Shown: piece after piece, positions 26,347-35,883 of the stretch
Numbering within the stretch: position 1 is the stretch's first letter
Layout: each line of letters starts with the position of its first letter
Assembly (NCBI GenBank): GCA_002315655.1
Contig: DCHO01000010.1
Location: forward strand, 37,002 to 101,001
Direction: 5' to 3'
Length of the DNA: 64,000 nucleotides
Source of the DNA: Christensenella sp. UBA1750
Lineage (GTDB): Bacteria; Bacillota; Clostridia; Christensenellales; UBA1750
Made by a program: the position numbers and the translations under genes
Notes under the pieces: model-generated
Databases searched by the model: none
Seen by the model: only the letters and a program-made list of their open reading frames with translations
Told to the model about the DNA's origin: nothing

Positions 26347-27999
26347 ATGAAAGGATGCAAAATCATGGCTGAAATCCAGATCAAATTCCTGCCTTCGATG
26401 GAAAAGTGCTTCTTGGATCAGACCCTCTGCGAAAAGAAAGCCTTAGCCTCCGTTTCCATGCTCAGAAACGAGCGTTTGTCCGTGCAGCTCGGCTTCTATG
26501 CCGACGAGCGGCAGAACTGCGAGCTCACCTTATCCGGCGCACTTGTGCCCTACATCACCATGGCTTCCGTGGACAGCGTGCCCGTCACCGTCACCGGCAA
26601 AGTGGATGACGACTATCTGCGCGGCGAAGCGGGGCTTTTCCCCGATCTGCTCACGCCCGTTCCCGCCGGTGAGATCGTGATTGCCCCGGCAAAGCAGCTA
26701 AAAACCTTAATGCTGACCATCGAGCACACTGACGGCATAAAAGCGGGCGAATACACGCTGAAAGCGGACGTGAAGACGCTGGAAGGCGCGGAAGCCTCCG
26801 CCGAGCTGCCCGTCACCGTTGTTGACGCCATGCTGCCCGAGCAGAGCCTCATTCTCACCCACTGGTTCCACAACGACTGCATCGCGGACTGGTACGGCTG
26901 TGAGATCTTTTCCGAAAAGCATTGGGAGCTCATCGGGAACTACATGGAAGCGGCTGTGCGCTGCGGAATCAACATGATGTTCACGCCCATCCTGACCCCG
27001 CCGCTGGACACCGCCATCGGCACCGAACGCCCCACCGTGCAGCTGGTTGACATTTTCGCCCATGAAGACGGCTCCTATTCTTTCTCCTACGAGAAGCTGG
27101 AACGCTACATCAAGCTCGCCCAGAGTAAGGGAATGAAGTATTTCGAGATCTCCCACTTCTTCTCCCAGTGGGGCGCCATTCACGCGCCCAAGGTCGTGGC
27201 GAAATTGGACAACGGCGAAACCAAGCGCATTTTCGGCTGGGACACCGACGCCACCTCCAAGGAATACACCACCTTCATCCGCGCCTTTGTTTCCGCGCTG
27301 CTGGATGAGCTGAAGAAGCTTGGTGTGGACAAACAGTGCCGCTTCCACATCTCCGATGAGCCCTCCGAGGAACAGCTTGGCACCTATATGGCCGCAAAGA
27401 ACGTGGTCAAAGACCTGCTGGCCGATTATCCCGTGATGGACGCGCTTTCCTCCTTCGCATTCTATGAGCAGGGCGTTGTGGAAGCTCCCGTGCCCGCCAC
27501 GAACCACATCGAGCCTTTCCTGGAAGCCAAGGTTCCCGACCTGTGGACGTATTACTGCTGCGGGCAGAACGAGCTTGTCTCCAACCGCATGGTGGCCATG
27601 CCCGGCCAGCGCACCCGCATCTTAGGAACCCAGCTCTATAAGTTTGACATCAAGGGCTTCCTGCAATGGGGCTTCAATTTCTGGTATTCCTGCGGCTCCC
27701 GCCGTCTCATCAACCCCTACACCGACCTTTGCGGCGATTACTGGGTTCCCGGCGGCGACACCTTCCAGGTTTATCCCGGCAAGGACGGCAAAGCGGTCTA
27801 TTCCCTCCATGCGCTGCTCTTCTATGAAGCCCTGCAGGATATGCGCGCCTTGCAGCTGCTTGAAAAGAAGATCGGAAGAGAGGCCGTTCGTTGCCTCATC
27901 GACTTCGGCTGTGATGAACCCATGACCTTCAAGTCCTATCCCCGCAAGCAGGAGTACATCTTAAAGCTCCGCGAAACCGTCAACAATATGCTGAAATAG
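26347..27999 (+). CDS. DUF4091 domain protein (GH123-related putative glycosidase)
   Basis: 550 aa and cytoplasmic. The segments HWFHNDC, FEISHFFSQWGA and RFHISDEP resemble DUF4091 proteins. Family is from memory; the start may be the Met at 26362. Confidence 0.55.
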   Translation: MKGCKIMAEIQIKFLPSMEKCFLDQTLCEKKALASVSMLRNERLSVQLGFYADERQNCELTLSGALVPYITMASVDSVPVTVTGKVDDDYLRGEAGLFPDLLTPVPAGEIVIAPAKQLKTLMLTIEHTDGIKAGEYTLKADVKTLEGAEASAELPVTVVDAMLPEQSLILTHWFHNDCIADWYGCEIFSEKHWELIGNYMEAAVRCGINMMFTPILTPPLDTAIGTERPTVQLVDIFAHEDGSYSFSYEKLERYIKLAQSKGMKYFEISHFFSQWGAIHAPKVVAKLDNGETKRIFGWDTDATSKEYTTFIRAFVSALLDELKKLGVDKQCRFHISDEPSEEQLGTYMAAKNVVKDLLADYPVMDALSSFAFYEQGVVEAPVPATNHIEPFLEAKVPDLWTYYCCGQNELVSNRMVAMPGQRTRILGTQLYKFDIKGFLQWGFNFWYSCGSRRLINPYTDLCGDYWVPGGDTFQVYPGKDGKAVYSLHALLFYEALQDMRALQLLEKKIGREAVRCLIDFGCDEPMTFKSYPRKQEYILKLRETVNNMLK

Positions 28000-28008
28000 G
28001 CTTTACGC

Positions 28009-28053
28009 AAAAACAGGTTTCTGTCCACGAAAACGGCCAGAAACCTGTTTTTT
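28009..28053. terminator. Bidirectional terminator between convergent genes
   Basis: AAAAA-CAGGTTTCTG-(14-nt loop)-CAGAAACCTG-TTTTTT, with a perfect 10-bp stem. Confidence 0.8.
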
Positions 28054-29664
28054 CTATTTTGATTTGGCAACAGCCGCTCTGAGCTTTGCCAGATCGACCT
28101 TCTTTTCCTTCCCGGCCGTGAGCAGAATCAGGCACTGGGTACAGAAGATGTTTGCAGGTACAATGATGAACTGCAAAATGGTGTTGATGGTGACGATGAG
28201 TTCGCCCATGCCGTTTCCGATTCCGACCTGAGAGAACATCAGCAGGATGACAGAGGTTGCGCCGCCCTGAATGTTCGGGATGGAAACCGGCAGAATATAA
28301 GCCATGAGCAGAATCTGGATGAGCGTTGCAAAGGTCAGGCAATCGGTCAGATAGGCCGCCCCGACACCGCATACCGCTAAGAAGACGCTGTAAAGAGGCT
28401 TAAAAAGCACGGTTCCTAAGTTGACTGCCATGCCGGAATACGCCAATTCCACGCCGCAGTCCTTGACCAGCTCGTCAAAGAACACCATGAACGATGCGCC
28501 GACGGAAGCCGAGGAAAGATTGACCATGAATGACGGCAGGAACTTTTTCGCAAGGACGAAGGGCTTGACCCTGAACTTGATGCAGGTCAGGGCGAGGAAC
28601 ACGACCACAGATAGAATGCAGGCACCCACCACGATCAGGATGATCGGCAGCATTTCCGAGAACAGCACGGAATAGTCGGTCAGCACCAGATAATAGGCCA
28701 TCACGCCCACATAGAAATGGACGAACCGCGCAAGGTAGGAGTTCGTTAGCACCGCCACAAAGTTGCAGCGGTCAAAAATGCTGACCAGTGTTTTAGATTC
28801 ATTTCCCATGACAAGGAAACACAACCCGAAAGTCAGACCGACCAACATGACCTGCATACAGTTGAAGTTGAGGAAAGGCGAAACGATGTTGCCTGGAATC
28901 ATTCCGATGAAAATATCCAAAATGGACTTTGCAATGGCGTAACCGTCTCCGGCCTCTCCTCCCTTGGTAATGAACAGGGATGCGGCAATACCAAGGGGAA
29001 TGAGAATCCCAAGAGGAATCAGGATATAGCGTTTGAGCACCTGCTTTGCGGTCTTACGGAAGGTGCCGATGGAGCCGTACTGCACAATGCACAACGGAAT
29101 GGAAAAGAAGACCATTAAAATCGCCATGACCGACAGAAAATTCGTGTAGGTACCGGCGACGGGAAGCACAAAATCGTTCGCCCAGATCGCGCAGTTTTCC
29201 TCGGAAAGCAGCATCTTGGTCAGCAGCGCGAACATGATGAAGAATATGACCGTGATAAGAAAGCGCACAGGGTTGGAGACCCGCGCCTGCTTGGGCACCA
29301 GCAAGTTGATCTCGTTGCAGCCCTTGGCGTTTGCAGAGGAAGATTTTGCATACTTCCACACGGGATTGACATTCACGGTTGAGGCAGTGAGGCTTTTGAG
29401 CATCCCTTCCTCATCTTCGGAAAAAGGATCCAGTGAATCGCCGTAAATACGGATCGAAACGCCGGTCTTCCAGATGCGAGAGAGCGTTTCTGTCTCCACA
29501 ACAGCGTCTTCCCCGAATGCGTCGCGGTATTTCAGCATCACTTCCTCAACAAGAAGCGTGCTGCGAAGAACTTCCTTCTTAGCGACCCGGTTATTCGTTA
29601 AGTACACGCGCAGGTCTTCAACAAATTTTTCGATGGATTCAAAGCTCAATGTATAGTTGACCAT
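28054..29664 (-). CDS. Membrane protein: ~130-aa soluble N-terminal domain fused to a divergent SDF (dicarboxylate/amino acid:cation symporter)-like domain
   Basis: 536 aa with 10 or more hydrophobic segments. IPGNIVSPFLNFNCMQVMLVGLTFG and SIPNIQGGATSVILLMF resemble SDF reentrant-loop regions. I do not see the usual NMDG and DxxRT motifs. Confidence 0.5.
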   Translation of the reverse strand: MVNYTLSFESIEKFVEDLRVYLTNNRVAKKEVLRSTLLVEEVMLKYRDAFGEDAVVETETLSRIWKTGVSIRIYGDSLDPFSEDEEGMLKSLTASTVNVNPVWKYAKSSSANAKGCNEINLLVPKQARVSNPVRFLITVIFFIMFALLTKMLLSEENCAIWANDFVLPVAGTYTNFLSVMAILMVFFSIPLCIVQYGSIGTFRKTAKQVLKRYILIPLGILIPLGIAASLFITKGGEAGDGYAIAKSILDIFIGMIPGNIVSPFLNFNCMQVMLVGLTFGLCFLVMGNESKTLVSIFDRCNFVAVLTNSYLARFVHFYVGVMAYYLVLTDYSVLFSEMLPIILIVVGACILSVVVFLALTCIKFRVKPFVLAKKFLPSFMVNLSSASVGASFMVFFDELVKDCGVELAYSGMAVNLGTVLFKPLYSVFLAVCGVGAAYLTDCLTFATLIQILLMAYILPVSIPNIQGGATSVILLMFSQVGIGNGMGELIVTINTILQFIIVPANIFCTQCLILLTAGKEKKVDLAKLRAAVAKSK

Positions 29665-29676
29665 GTTGCTTCTCCT

Positions 29677-30552
29677 CTAAGAACGAACCGATTTGACGAT
29701 AATGTCCGTCTGGTTAATGGTAAAATCAGTACGTTTTGCGGTCACGTCCACACAGTAATCAAGTGTTTCCTTGAGCTTGTCAAACAGCTCGATCAGCGCC
29801 TCGTAAATCTGAGGTTCGGAATCGTCCACCAGCACAAGGAAGTGGTTCTCCTCAAAGCGAACTTCCTTGATCGCCATGTGCTTTTTGAATTCCTCAATAT
29901 CCTTTTTGCCGTGGATTCTGGAAATGTCATAAATGAATTGCAGGTTTCTGTCCGCGGCAATGTCCAACTCGTCCGCAAGGCGAATCAAAGCGGCTAAATA
30001 AGGAAGCCGCAGCACATTTCCGTTGTCCAATTTCATCGCGGCAGGATATTCCGCTTCATCGTAAAGGTCGGTCTTTCTGTGTCCTCTTGAAACCTGGATA
30101 ACGGCAAAAAGATGTTTTTCCGAAGGAAAATCAAAGAGCATCTGATAGCGGGTGATAAATGCGCCGGAAAAATCATTGTGGAAGGTGCGGATGACCCTTC
30201 CCATTTCGGCATCCGGATTTTTATCCAGATAAGCCTGCACCTGCGGCAAACCGGCGCGAAGCGCATCAAAACCGGCCTTGTCAATCCCCATCCCGACGTC
30301 GTGCAGATAAGCCGCCATCAGGAGCACAAAAATTTCGTCTGTGTTGAGCTTGTCGATCTGCTCCCCAATCAGGTTGTTGCAAAAAGCAATGACTTCCAGC
30401 GAATGCAGAGCCGTGTGGTCTGTAAATTCCGGAAATGTCTCACGGTATTTCAAAAGCATATTCTGGCATACCAATATGTTGGAGGAAAACACACGATGCA
30501 GCTCGGGGGCTTCTGAACGCAGCTTTTGTTCCAACAGGTAATTGTATTCCAT
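29677..30552 (-). CDS. HD-domain protein
   Basis: 291 aa. Contains HSLEV...LLMAAYLHDVGM (H...HD metal-binding pattern). Lies 12 nt upstream of the SDF-like gene. Confidence 0.65.
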   Translation of the reverse strand: MEYNYLLEQKLRSEAPELHRVFSSNILVCQNMLLKYRETFPEFTDHTALHSLEVIAFCNNLIGEQIDKLNTDEIFVLLMAAYLHDVGMGIDKAGFDALRAGLPQVQAYLDKNPDAEMGRVIRTFHNDFSGAFITRYQMLFDFPSEKHLFAVIQVSRGHRKTDLYDEAEYPAAMKLDNGNVLRLPYLAALIRLADELDIAADRNLQFIYDISRIHGKKDIEEFKKHMAIKEVRFEENHFLVLVDDSEPQIYEALIELFDKLKETLDYCVDVTAKRTDFTINQTDIIVKSVRS

Positions 30553-30587
30553 AAGGTTTCTGATCTCCCTTGCAAATAATCAAAAGG

Positions 30588-31355
30588 CTAAATAATGCCC
30601 CGCATATACAGCACATAGAGGCGGAAAAGTGCCAAGATAAGCAGATGACCCGGATAATAAGCGTAAAAGAACCATTTGAGAAAGTTTCTACCGTGGGAAG
30701 CGCGTCTTCCGTTATAGAGAAAAGTGATGACAAGGCAGGACATAAGCGGTGCAATGGAGCCGAAAAGCGCCATTTGGAGGGAAAGTAAAATATAGCCGCC
30801 GATCCAGCCGCAGAGGATCGTATAGCACGCATGAAAGGCGGTAAACAGCAGATAAGCGATCACGGTCTTCTTTCTGTCCTTGCCTGCCCAAATAAAGAGC
30901 AGAGTGCCCACCGGTGCCATGATCGGCCAGTCGCAATGGTAGGACAAACAGATGAGAACAAGATACAGGACAACCTTCCATGCTCTGTTCTGCACCTTTT
31001 CATGGACAACAAGAATCAAAAAGCAGATCAGCAGCGTAAAGAGCATATTCAGGCCGATAAAGCGGATGGCCTCATAACCCGAAAAGGCCAGAGAAAAAGG
31101 AATCTGCGCAAGACAGGCAAATATGCACAGGCGAATGGAATAGTGCATTTTGCTCCTGGTGTACTGATAGCCCTCCACAAGGAAATAAACCATGGTGACA
31201 GCGGTGAAGTAGCCGATATAGATCATGATTTCGGATAAAATTCCGCCGAAATCCACAAGATGCCCCACATGGTTGAGCGTCATTGTGAAAATAGCCAGCA
31301 GCTTAATCCCATCTCTTGTGAATCCGAATCGCTTTTCCCTCTCCATAGAAGTCAT
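30588..31355 (-). CDS. TraX family membrane protein
   Basis: 255 aa and polytopic. The N-terminal GIKLLAIFTMTLNHVGH is typical of the TraX family. Confidence 0.7.
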   Translation of the reverse strand: MTSMEREKRFGFTRDGIKLLAIFTMTLNHVGHLVDFGGILSEIMIYIGYFTAVTMVYFLVEGYQYTRSKMHYSIRLCIFACLAQIPFSLAFSGYEAIRFIGLNMLFTLLICFLILVVHEKVQNRAWKVVLYLVLICLSYHCDWPIMAPVGTLLFIWAGKDRKKTVIAYLLFTAFHACYTILCGWIGGYILLSLQMALFGSIAPLMSCLVITFLYNGRRASHGRNFLKWFFYAYYPGHLLILALFRLYVLYMRGII

Positions 31356-31493
31356 CCCTTATGCGATAGTCATAAATATTATAGATGAAAAAGGCGTATA
31401 TTGCAAGTTTATGTTTTCCTGAAGTGATTGATTTTCGTGAATAATCCAATGAAAATTCGGTAAAAAGTTCGATAAAAGCCCAAATTTTCTGCA

Positions 31494-31522
31494 TTGACGA
31501 TACCGTTTTCCTGTGATAGAAT
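31494..31522 (+). promoter_or_regulatory. Sigma-A promoter of the esterase gene
   Basis: TTGACG (31494-99), 17-nt spacer, TGaTAGAAT extended -10 (31517-22). RBS AAGGAGAG lies before the ATG at 31558. Confidence 0.55.
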
Positions 31523-31557
31523 ACTCATTACAAAGGTTAAGATAAGGAGAGACGATC

Positions 31558-33249
31558 ATGGCAAAAAGAGACATCAGGACATACATACCCGGTCTTCCCA
31601 TCGACTACGCAAAACAGCCCTATTCCACAGCCTACAAGGGGTTATGGAAGCAAGAGGTGGAAGGCAGAACCATTGTGACCTTTATGCCGGAGAACTATTT
31701 CCCCTACATCAAGGGCGTGCTGATCTTTGTTCCGGTGGAGATTGCAATCGAAGATTTTGTAGAGCAGTCCGCATGGGTGGACTTTGCCGAACAAAACAAT
31801 GCCGCTCTGCTCTTTCTCTCCGCGCCGGACGGCCGGAAGGATTTGGATGCGGAAAAGTCCTTCTACTACAAGGCCTACGGACAGGCATTCCATTCCGTCG
31901 GTGTCATCTCCTACGACATGAAATATGCCGTGGGCTATGGCAGCAGTGCCACTTTCCTGGCCAAAGCCTTTACGCAGGAATGCAAGCTGTTCGGCGGCGC
32001 TGTTCTGTTTGACCCGGATGATCTGACGGAAAGCGACCTTGCAAGTGCGGCAGATACCCGCAGAATGCCGGTGTGGATCGTCAACCAGACGGGCAAAGAA
32101 ACGCCCCGGCTTACGGAATACTACAAAGCACGAAACCGCTGTTTGGACGAGCATCTGCGCAACGACTGGGCGCAGGTGTTCAACGAAAACCCGCTGGCTT
32201 TGGAGGAAAGCCACACCAACACGCCCTGCTCCCGGGTCTGGGTCAGCAGCGTGGATAAAGCCGCCGCCCTCTACACCGATATAGCGTGGTGCGAACGCGC
32301 CTTCAATGAGTTCCTCATCAAGCGGTATCATCACGACCATCTTTCCATCACTCAGTTGAAGCCCAATTATACTCTCGACGAGCTTGGAATGCGCGTATAT
32401 CGGGAAAGAATGCCCTTTGTCGGCATGGAGGGCTTGCAGGAGCGTATCTTTGCGGTCTATGCGCCCACAGATTACGATGCAGAGAAAAAATATCCTGTCG
32501 TCGTGGTGTCTCACGGGTTTGAGTGCACCTACGAATACATGGCGAAAAACACCGAATTCTGGAAGCTGGCCGAACAGCGCAAATTCATTGCGGTGTTCAC
32601 GCAGGGGCTTCCGCTGGAAAACTGCAATTACGGTCTTCCCCGCTGGCGCTCCAACGGCATCGGCATCTCCCGCATGGGCTTTACCGACGACACGGAGACC
32701 ATCGGCAGCGAGATCGCCTATTTCCGCAAGATCATCGAGACCCTGCGTCGCGACTATTCTGTGGACGATTCCCGCATCTATTGCACCGGGCACTCCAACG
32801 GTTCAGCCATGACCTACGCCCTGTCCATGATGATGGGCGACGTGTTCGCCGCCTCTGCGCAGGTGGGCGGGCCGGTGCAGCAGTTTGCCTCGCTGGAAGA
32901 TATGCCCAAGGAGCATTACAAAATGCCCGCCATGGAAATCTCCTGCGAATTTGACCGCTGCACCGATCCTGATGACAAGGATTCCGTGCTCTATCAGGAG
33001 CTGCTGTGGCGGCGTGTGGAAAACGGCGTGCCGCTGGAGCAGAAGCCCGTGATCGTCGATAATGGCATCACCATCACCCACACTTGGCGCACCTGCTCCG
33101 GGCTGCCCGTCGTCAAATACGCTTTTTACCGCGATTCCTCCCACAGCTATCACAGCAACATCGCCTGCTTCGTCTGGGACGAATTCCTCTGCGGCTATTC
33201 TAAAGACGCGGACGGCAACCGTTATTATGGCGGTCAGCTCATCCGATAA
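31558..33249 (+). CDS. Alpha/beta-hydrolase esterase (PHB-depolymerase/feruloyl-esterase-like)
   Basis: 563 aa. Nucleophile elbow CTGHSNGSAM (GxSxG), preceded by YPVVVVSHGF. Confidence 0.6.
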   Translation: MAKRDIRTYIPGLPIDYAKQPYSTAYKGLWKQEVEGRTIVTFMPENYFPYIKGVLIFVPVEIAIEDFVEQSAWVDFAEQNNAALLFLSAPDGRKDLDAEKSFYYKAYGQAFHSVGVISYDMKYAVGYGSSATFLAKAFTQECKLFGGAVLFDPDDLTESDLASAADTRRMPVWIVNQTGKETPRLTEYYKARNRCLDEHLRNDWAQVFNENPLALEESHTNTPCSRVWVSSVDKAAALYTDIAWCERAFNEFLIKRYHHDHLSITQLKPNYTLDELGMRVYRERMPFVGMEGLQERIFAVYAPTDYDAEKKYPVVVVSHGFECTYEYMAKNTEFWKLAEQRKFIAVFTQGLPLENCNYGLPRWRSNGIGISRMGFTDDTETIGSEIAYFRKIIETLRRDYSVDDSRIYCTGHSNGSAMTYALSMMMGDVFAASAQVGGPVQQFASLEDMPKEHYKMPAMEISCEFDRCTDPDDKDSVLYQELLWRRVENGVPLEQKPVIVDNGITITHTWRTCSGLPVVKYAFYRDSSHSYHSNIACFVWDEFLCGYSKDADGNRYYGGQLIR

Positions 33250-33266
33250 ATTAAGGCAAAACAACA

Positions 33267-33312
33267 AATCGGGCTCACACCTTCGCAAAGGAGATGTGAG
33301 TCCGATTTCTTT
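33267..33312. terminator. Terminator hairpin between convergent esterase and murQ genes
   Basis: AATCGGGCTCACA pairs with TGTGAGTCCGATT (13-bp stem, one G:U), followed by TCTTTTT. Confidence 0.7.
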
Positions 33313-34212
33313 TTATTCTCCGATGGCGGCGCGAACATACCCGCCGTTTTTGTCCAGCAGCATTTTTGCATCCTCACGGTTCAGCCCGCAGACCTCCATC
33401 ACAATGGCGCACTTGAGGTCGCCCTCCGCGCTTTGCAGCATTTTCAGCGCATGGGCTTCGTCCGTGGTGTCCGTTGCCGCCATGAAGATGCGCGCCGAGC
33501 GGTTCAGCAGTTTTTCATTGGTGGCGCGCATATCCACCATGAGATTCCGATACACCTTCCCAGCCTTGACCATCGTTATGGTTGAGATCATGTTGAGCAC
33601 GGCCTTTTCCGCTGCCGCGGCTTTCAGGCGCGTGGAGCCCGCCACGATCTCTGCGCCCGTAGCGACCTCGATGGCAAACTCGGCGGCCTTTCCCATTTCG
33701 CTGCCCTTGTTGCAGCAAACGGCGACCGTCAGCGCGCCGCAATTCTTCGCTTCCTCAATGCCGCCCAGGCAATACGGCGTTCTGCCACTGGCGGCCAGCG
33801 CCACAAGCACGTCGTTTTCGCACAGGTGAAATGCCTCCACGTCCGCCCTGCCCTGCTTGGCGGAATCCTCCACCTTCTCCACCGCGCTCACCATCGCGCC
33901 ATAGCCGCCGGCGATGATTCCCGTGATGCGCTCCTTCTCCACGCCAAAGGTCGGCGGGCACTCCGCGGCGTCCATGACGCCCAGCCTTCCCGAGGTTCCC
34001 GCGCCCATATAGACGATTCTGCCGCCCCGTTGGAAGTGCGCGGATATGGCCTCGATTGCCGCGGCGATTTCCTCCCGCGCCGCTTTCAGCGCCTCCACCA
34101 TATTTCCGTTTTCCTCAATCATGAGATCCGTTATGTCCTGCACGGAGCGCCTGTCCAAATCCTTCCAAAGCGGATTCATCTCCTCCGTGCCCAGTTTCCC
34201 GATTTGTGTCAT
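33313..34212 (-). CDS. murQ: N-acetylmuramic acid 6-phosphate etherase
   Basis: 299 aa. SIS-domain motif GRIVYMGAGTSGRLG and the conserved PPTFG...IAGG pattern of MurQ. Confidence 0.9.
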   Translation of the reverse strand: MTQIGKLGTEEMNPLWKDLDRRSVQDITDLMIEENGNMVEALKAAREEIAAAIEAISAHFQRGGRIVYMGAGTSGRLGVMDAAECPPTFGVEKERITGIIAGGYGAMVSAVEKVEDSAKQGRADVEAFHLCENDVLVALAASGRTPYCLGGIEEAKNCGALTVAVCCNKGSEMGKAAEFAIEVATGAEIVAGSTRLKAAAAEKAVLNMISTITMVKAGKVYRNLMVDMRATNEKLLNRSARIFMAATDTTDEAHALKMLQSAEGDLKCAIVMEVCGLNREDAKMLLDKNGGYVRAAIGE

Positions 34213-34234
34213 TCGTTTCTCCTTCCGTCAACGT

Positions 34235-34266
34235 CAAAAGGCTCCGCAGGATTTCCCTTCGGAGCC
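34235..34266 (-). terminator. Terminator closing the pilin-like operon
   Basis: On the minus strand: GGCTCCG-(13-nt loop)-CGGAGCC followed by TTTT. It starts 7 nt after the stop of the last pilin-like gene. Confidence 0.6.
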
Positions 34267-34272
34267 TTCATT

Positions 34273-34794
34273 TTACTTTGTCATGAGCAGCACTTTGAAG
34301 TTGTTCACCGCAAGCACCACATCATTGTCGGTATAGACACACACCATTGCCGTCACAACGTCGCCGGTGTCTTCCAGCGTCAGCGAGCATCTGGCCTTCA
34401 CGTTATGCGTGTAAGCCGTGCCGGGCACAATGGGATTGCTGCTCCCATCCGCCTCCAGCAGGATTTTTCCGTCCTGATTGACCACCCGGCAGTTGTTGCC
34501 GAGCTTGCGGGACGCGCTGAAATAGCTGAAATTCACATCTCCCGTGGCCTCTGCATCCTTCTCGAAGTTCCTGCCGAACCGCAGCTCATCCGAAATGGCG
34601 GTGCTCAACGTGGAGCACAGGGTCTGTGCCTCCGCCTCCCGGGTCTGCTGGTTCATGGATTTGGAGGACATATCAATCGCCAGCGTAGCCAGCGAGGTCG
34701 CCAGCAGGCACACAACAATGGCGCAGAGCAGCTCCACGAGCGTGAAGCCTTTTTGAGAGCGCCGAGTCATCTTTTTTCCGCTATTTGCTTTCAT
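34273..34794 (-). CDS. Prepilin-type N-terminal cleavage/methylation domain protein (minor pilin/pseudopilin-like)
   Basis: N-terminus is ...MTRRSQKG/FTLVELLCAIVVCLLATSLATLAI, with Gly-1, Phe+1, Glu+5 and a hydrophobic helix. The start is ambiguous: 34794 (14-nt overlap with the upstream gene) or 34770 (10-nt gap). Confidence 0.7.
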   Translation of the reverse strand: MKANSGKKMTRRSQKGFTLVELLCAIVVCLLATSLATLAIDMSSKSMNQQTREAEAQTLCSTLSTAISDELRFGRNFEKDAEATGDVNFSYFSASRKLGNNCRVVNQDGKILLEADGSSNPIVPGTAYTHNVKARCSLTLEDTGDVVTAMVCVYTDNDVVLAVNNFKVLLMTK

Positions 34795-35041
34795 AGTAGT
34801 AGAAGCCCTCACTCTCATAGCCGTTCACGTCGCATTCCACGCCGTCCACGGTCAGTGTCATGTCCTCGCTGGGAGTTTCCTTGGAACGATTGCAGAAGGT
34901 CACGATATTTTCGGCTCTGCTGTTCAGCTTGGCCGCGGTTGTGATACAAACCGGCAGAGCCACCATCATCATGGTCAGAATCAGAAGCGCGACCAGCGTT
35001 TCGACCAGCATTTCGCCGGACTGCTTTTTCAGCTTTCTCAT
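34781..35041 (-). CDS. Small pilin-like protein (86 aa)
   Basis: N-terminus MRKLKKQSG/EMLVETLVALLILTMMMVAL, with Gly-1 and Glu+5. Its ATG overlaps the upstream stop (TAATG). Confidence 0.65.
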   Translation of the reverse strand: MRKLKKQSGEMLVETLVALLILTMMMVALPVCITTAAKLNSRAENIVTFCNRSKETPSEDMTLTVDGVECDVNGYESEGFYYYESK

Positions 35042-35883
35042 TATGCCGCCCCCCCTGCTGCCTGTGTGGTACCCTTGACGATCTCCATGTTCTCGCGGCT
35101 CCAGGTGAAATACCCCTTGAAATACTGCGTCAGCGTGACAACCTCCGTGGTCTCGGTATCGCCAATGGTCTTGACGGGATCGGATTCCACGGGCTGCTGA
35201 CTGCTGCCGAAGTTTTCCATCAGCTCATAAGGAGTATTTTCTCCGCTGCCTGCGAGGTAGTTGAAGGTCATGGTGACGTAATAGTTCGGGTCGTTTGCGC
35301 CTGAATTGTCCAGATGCAGCTTGACGATCAGGTTATAGCTTGTGTCCAGCGCCATTTCGCCCACCACGGTCTGGGAGAAGTCCCCGTCGGTCAGCACCAT
35401 CGTGAAATTCTCCTTTGTGGTTGCCGCCGAAGCGGATTCGTAGTTGAGCATGACGCTCAGGCACTTTGCCGCCACCTTGGCCACAGGATTGTCCGCCAGC
35501 GTAACCGGCGTGCCGTCCGCTTTGAGATAGCCGTAAGCCGTGTCGAGCTTATCGGCCTCAGGAGTGGTGAAGGTGGGCGTTGTGCCCTGAACGGTTCTTA
35601 GCAACTGTTTGGTTCGTGTAGAGTAAACGTAGGTGATTTCCGTGGCCTTGCCTACATCGAAGTAGATCTTGCCGTTGGTGAGCGTGTCCGCCACCAGGGC
35701 GGCAGCAGAGCTTACGGTCAGGTAAGCCTGCTGTTCCTCCTGGTTGCGCTTGGCGCGGGACATATTGCTCTGTGCCGCGATCAGGATGACGGCCGAGACC
35801 ATCACCACGACGAGCATGACGACGACTGCGAAGATCAGGGAGGCGCCTTTTTGGTTGCGAAGTTTTCTTTTTAGTTTAGTCAT
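35041..35883 (-). CDS. PilX-N/GspK-like minor pilin-like protein (281 aa)
   Basis: Start placed at MTKLKRKLRNQKG/ASLIFAVVVMLVVVMVSAVIL (ATG at 35883, RBS GGGGGAG). It has a basic leader, a Gly and a long hydrophobic helix, but no Glu+5. The ATG overlaps the giant gene stop (ATGACTAA). Confidence 0.65.
   Translation of the reverse strand: MTKLKRKLRNQKGASLIFAVVVMLVVVMVSAVILIAAQSNMSRAKRNQEEQQAYLTVSSAAALVADTLTNGKIYFDVGKATEITYVYSTRTKQLLRTVQGTTPTFTTPEADKLDTAYGYLKADGTPVTLADNPVAKVAAKCLSVMLNYESASAATTKENFTMVLTDGDFSQTVVGEMALDTSYNLIVKLHLDNSGANDPNYYVTMTFNYLAGSGENTPYELMENFGSSQQPVESDPVKTIGDTETTEVVTLTQYFKGYFTWSRENMEIVKGTTQAAGGAA

Noticed and set aside
24502-31355. NERD protein, TraX protein and nearby genes as hints of an integrative conjugative element or defence island.
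   Set aside because: No integrase, relaxase, type IV secretion ATPase, toxin-antitoxin pair or restriction-like genes are visible. TraX-family and NERD proteins commonly occur alone on chromosomes.
34273-35883. Reading the three small pilin-like genes as a competence (comG) operon.
   Set aside because: No comGA- or comGB-like ATPase or platform genes precede them. The first gene of the unit is the giant protein, and the gene sizes and order do not match comGC-D-E-F-G.
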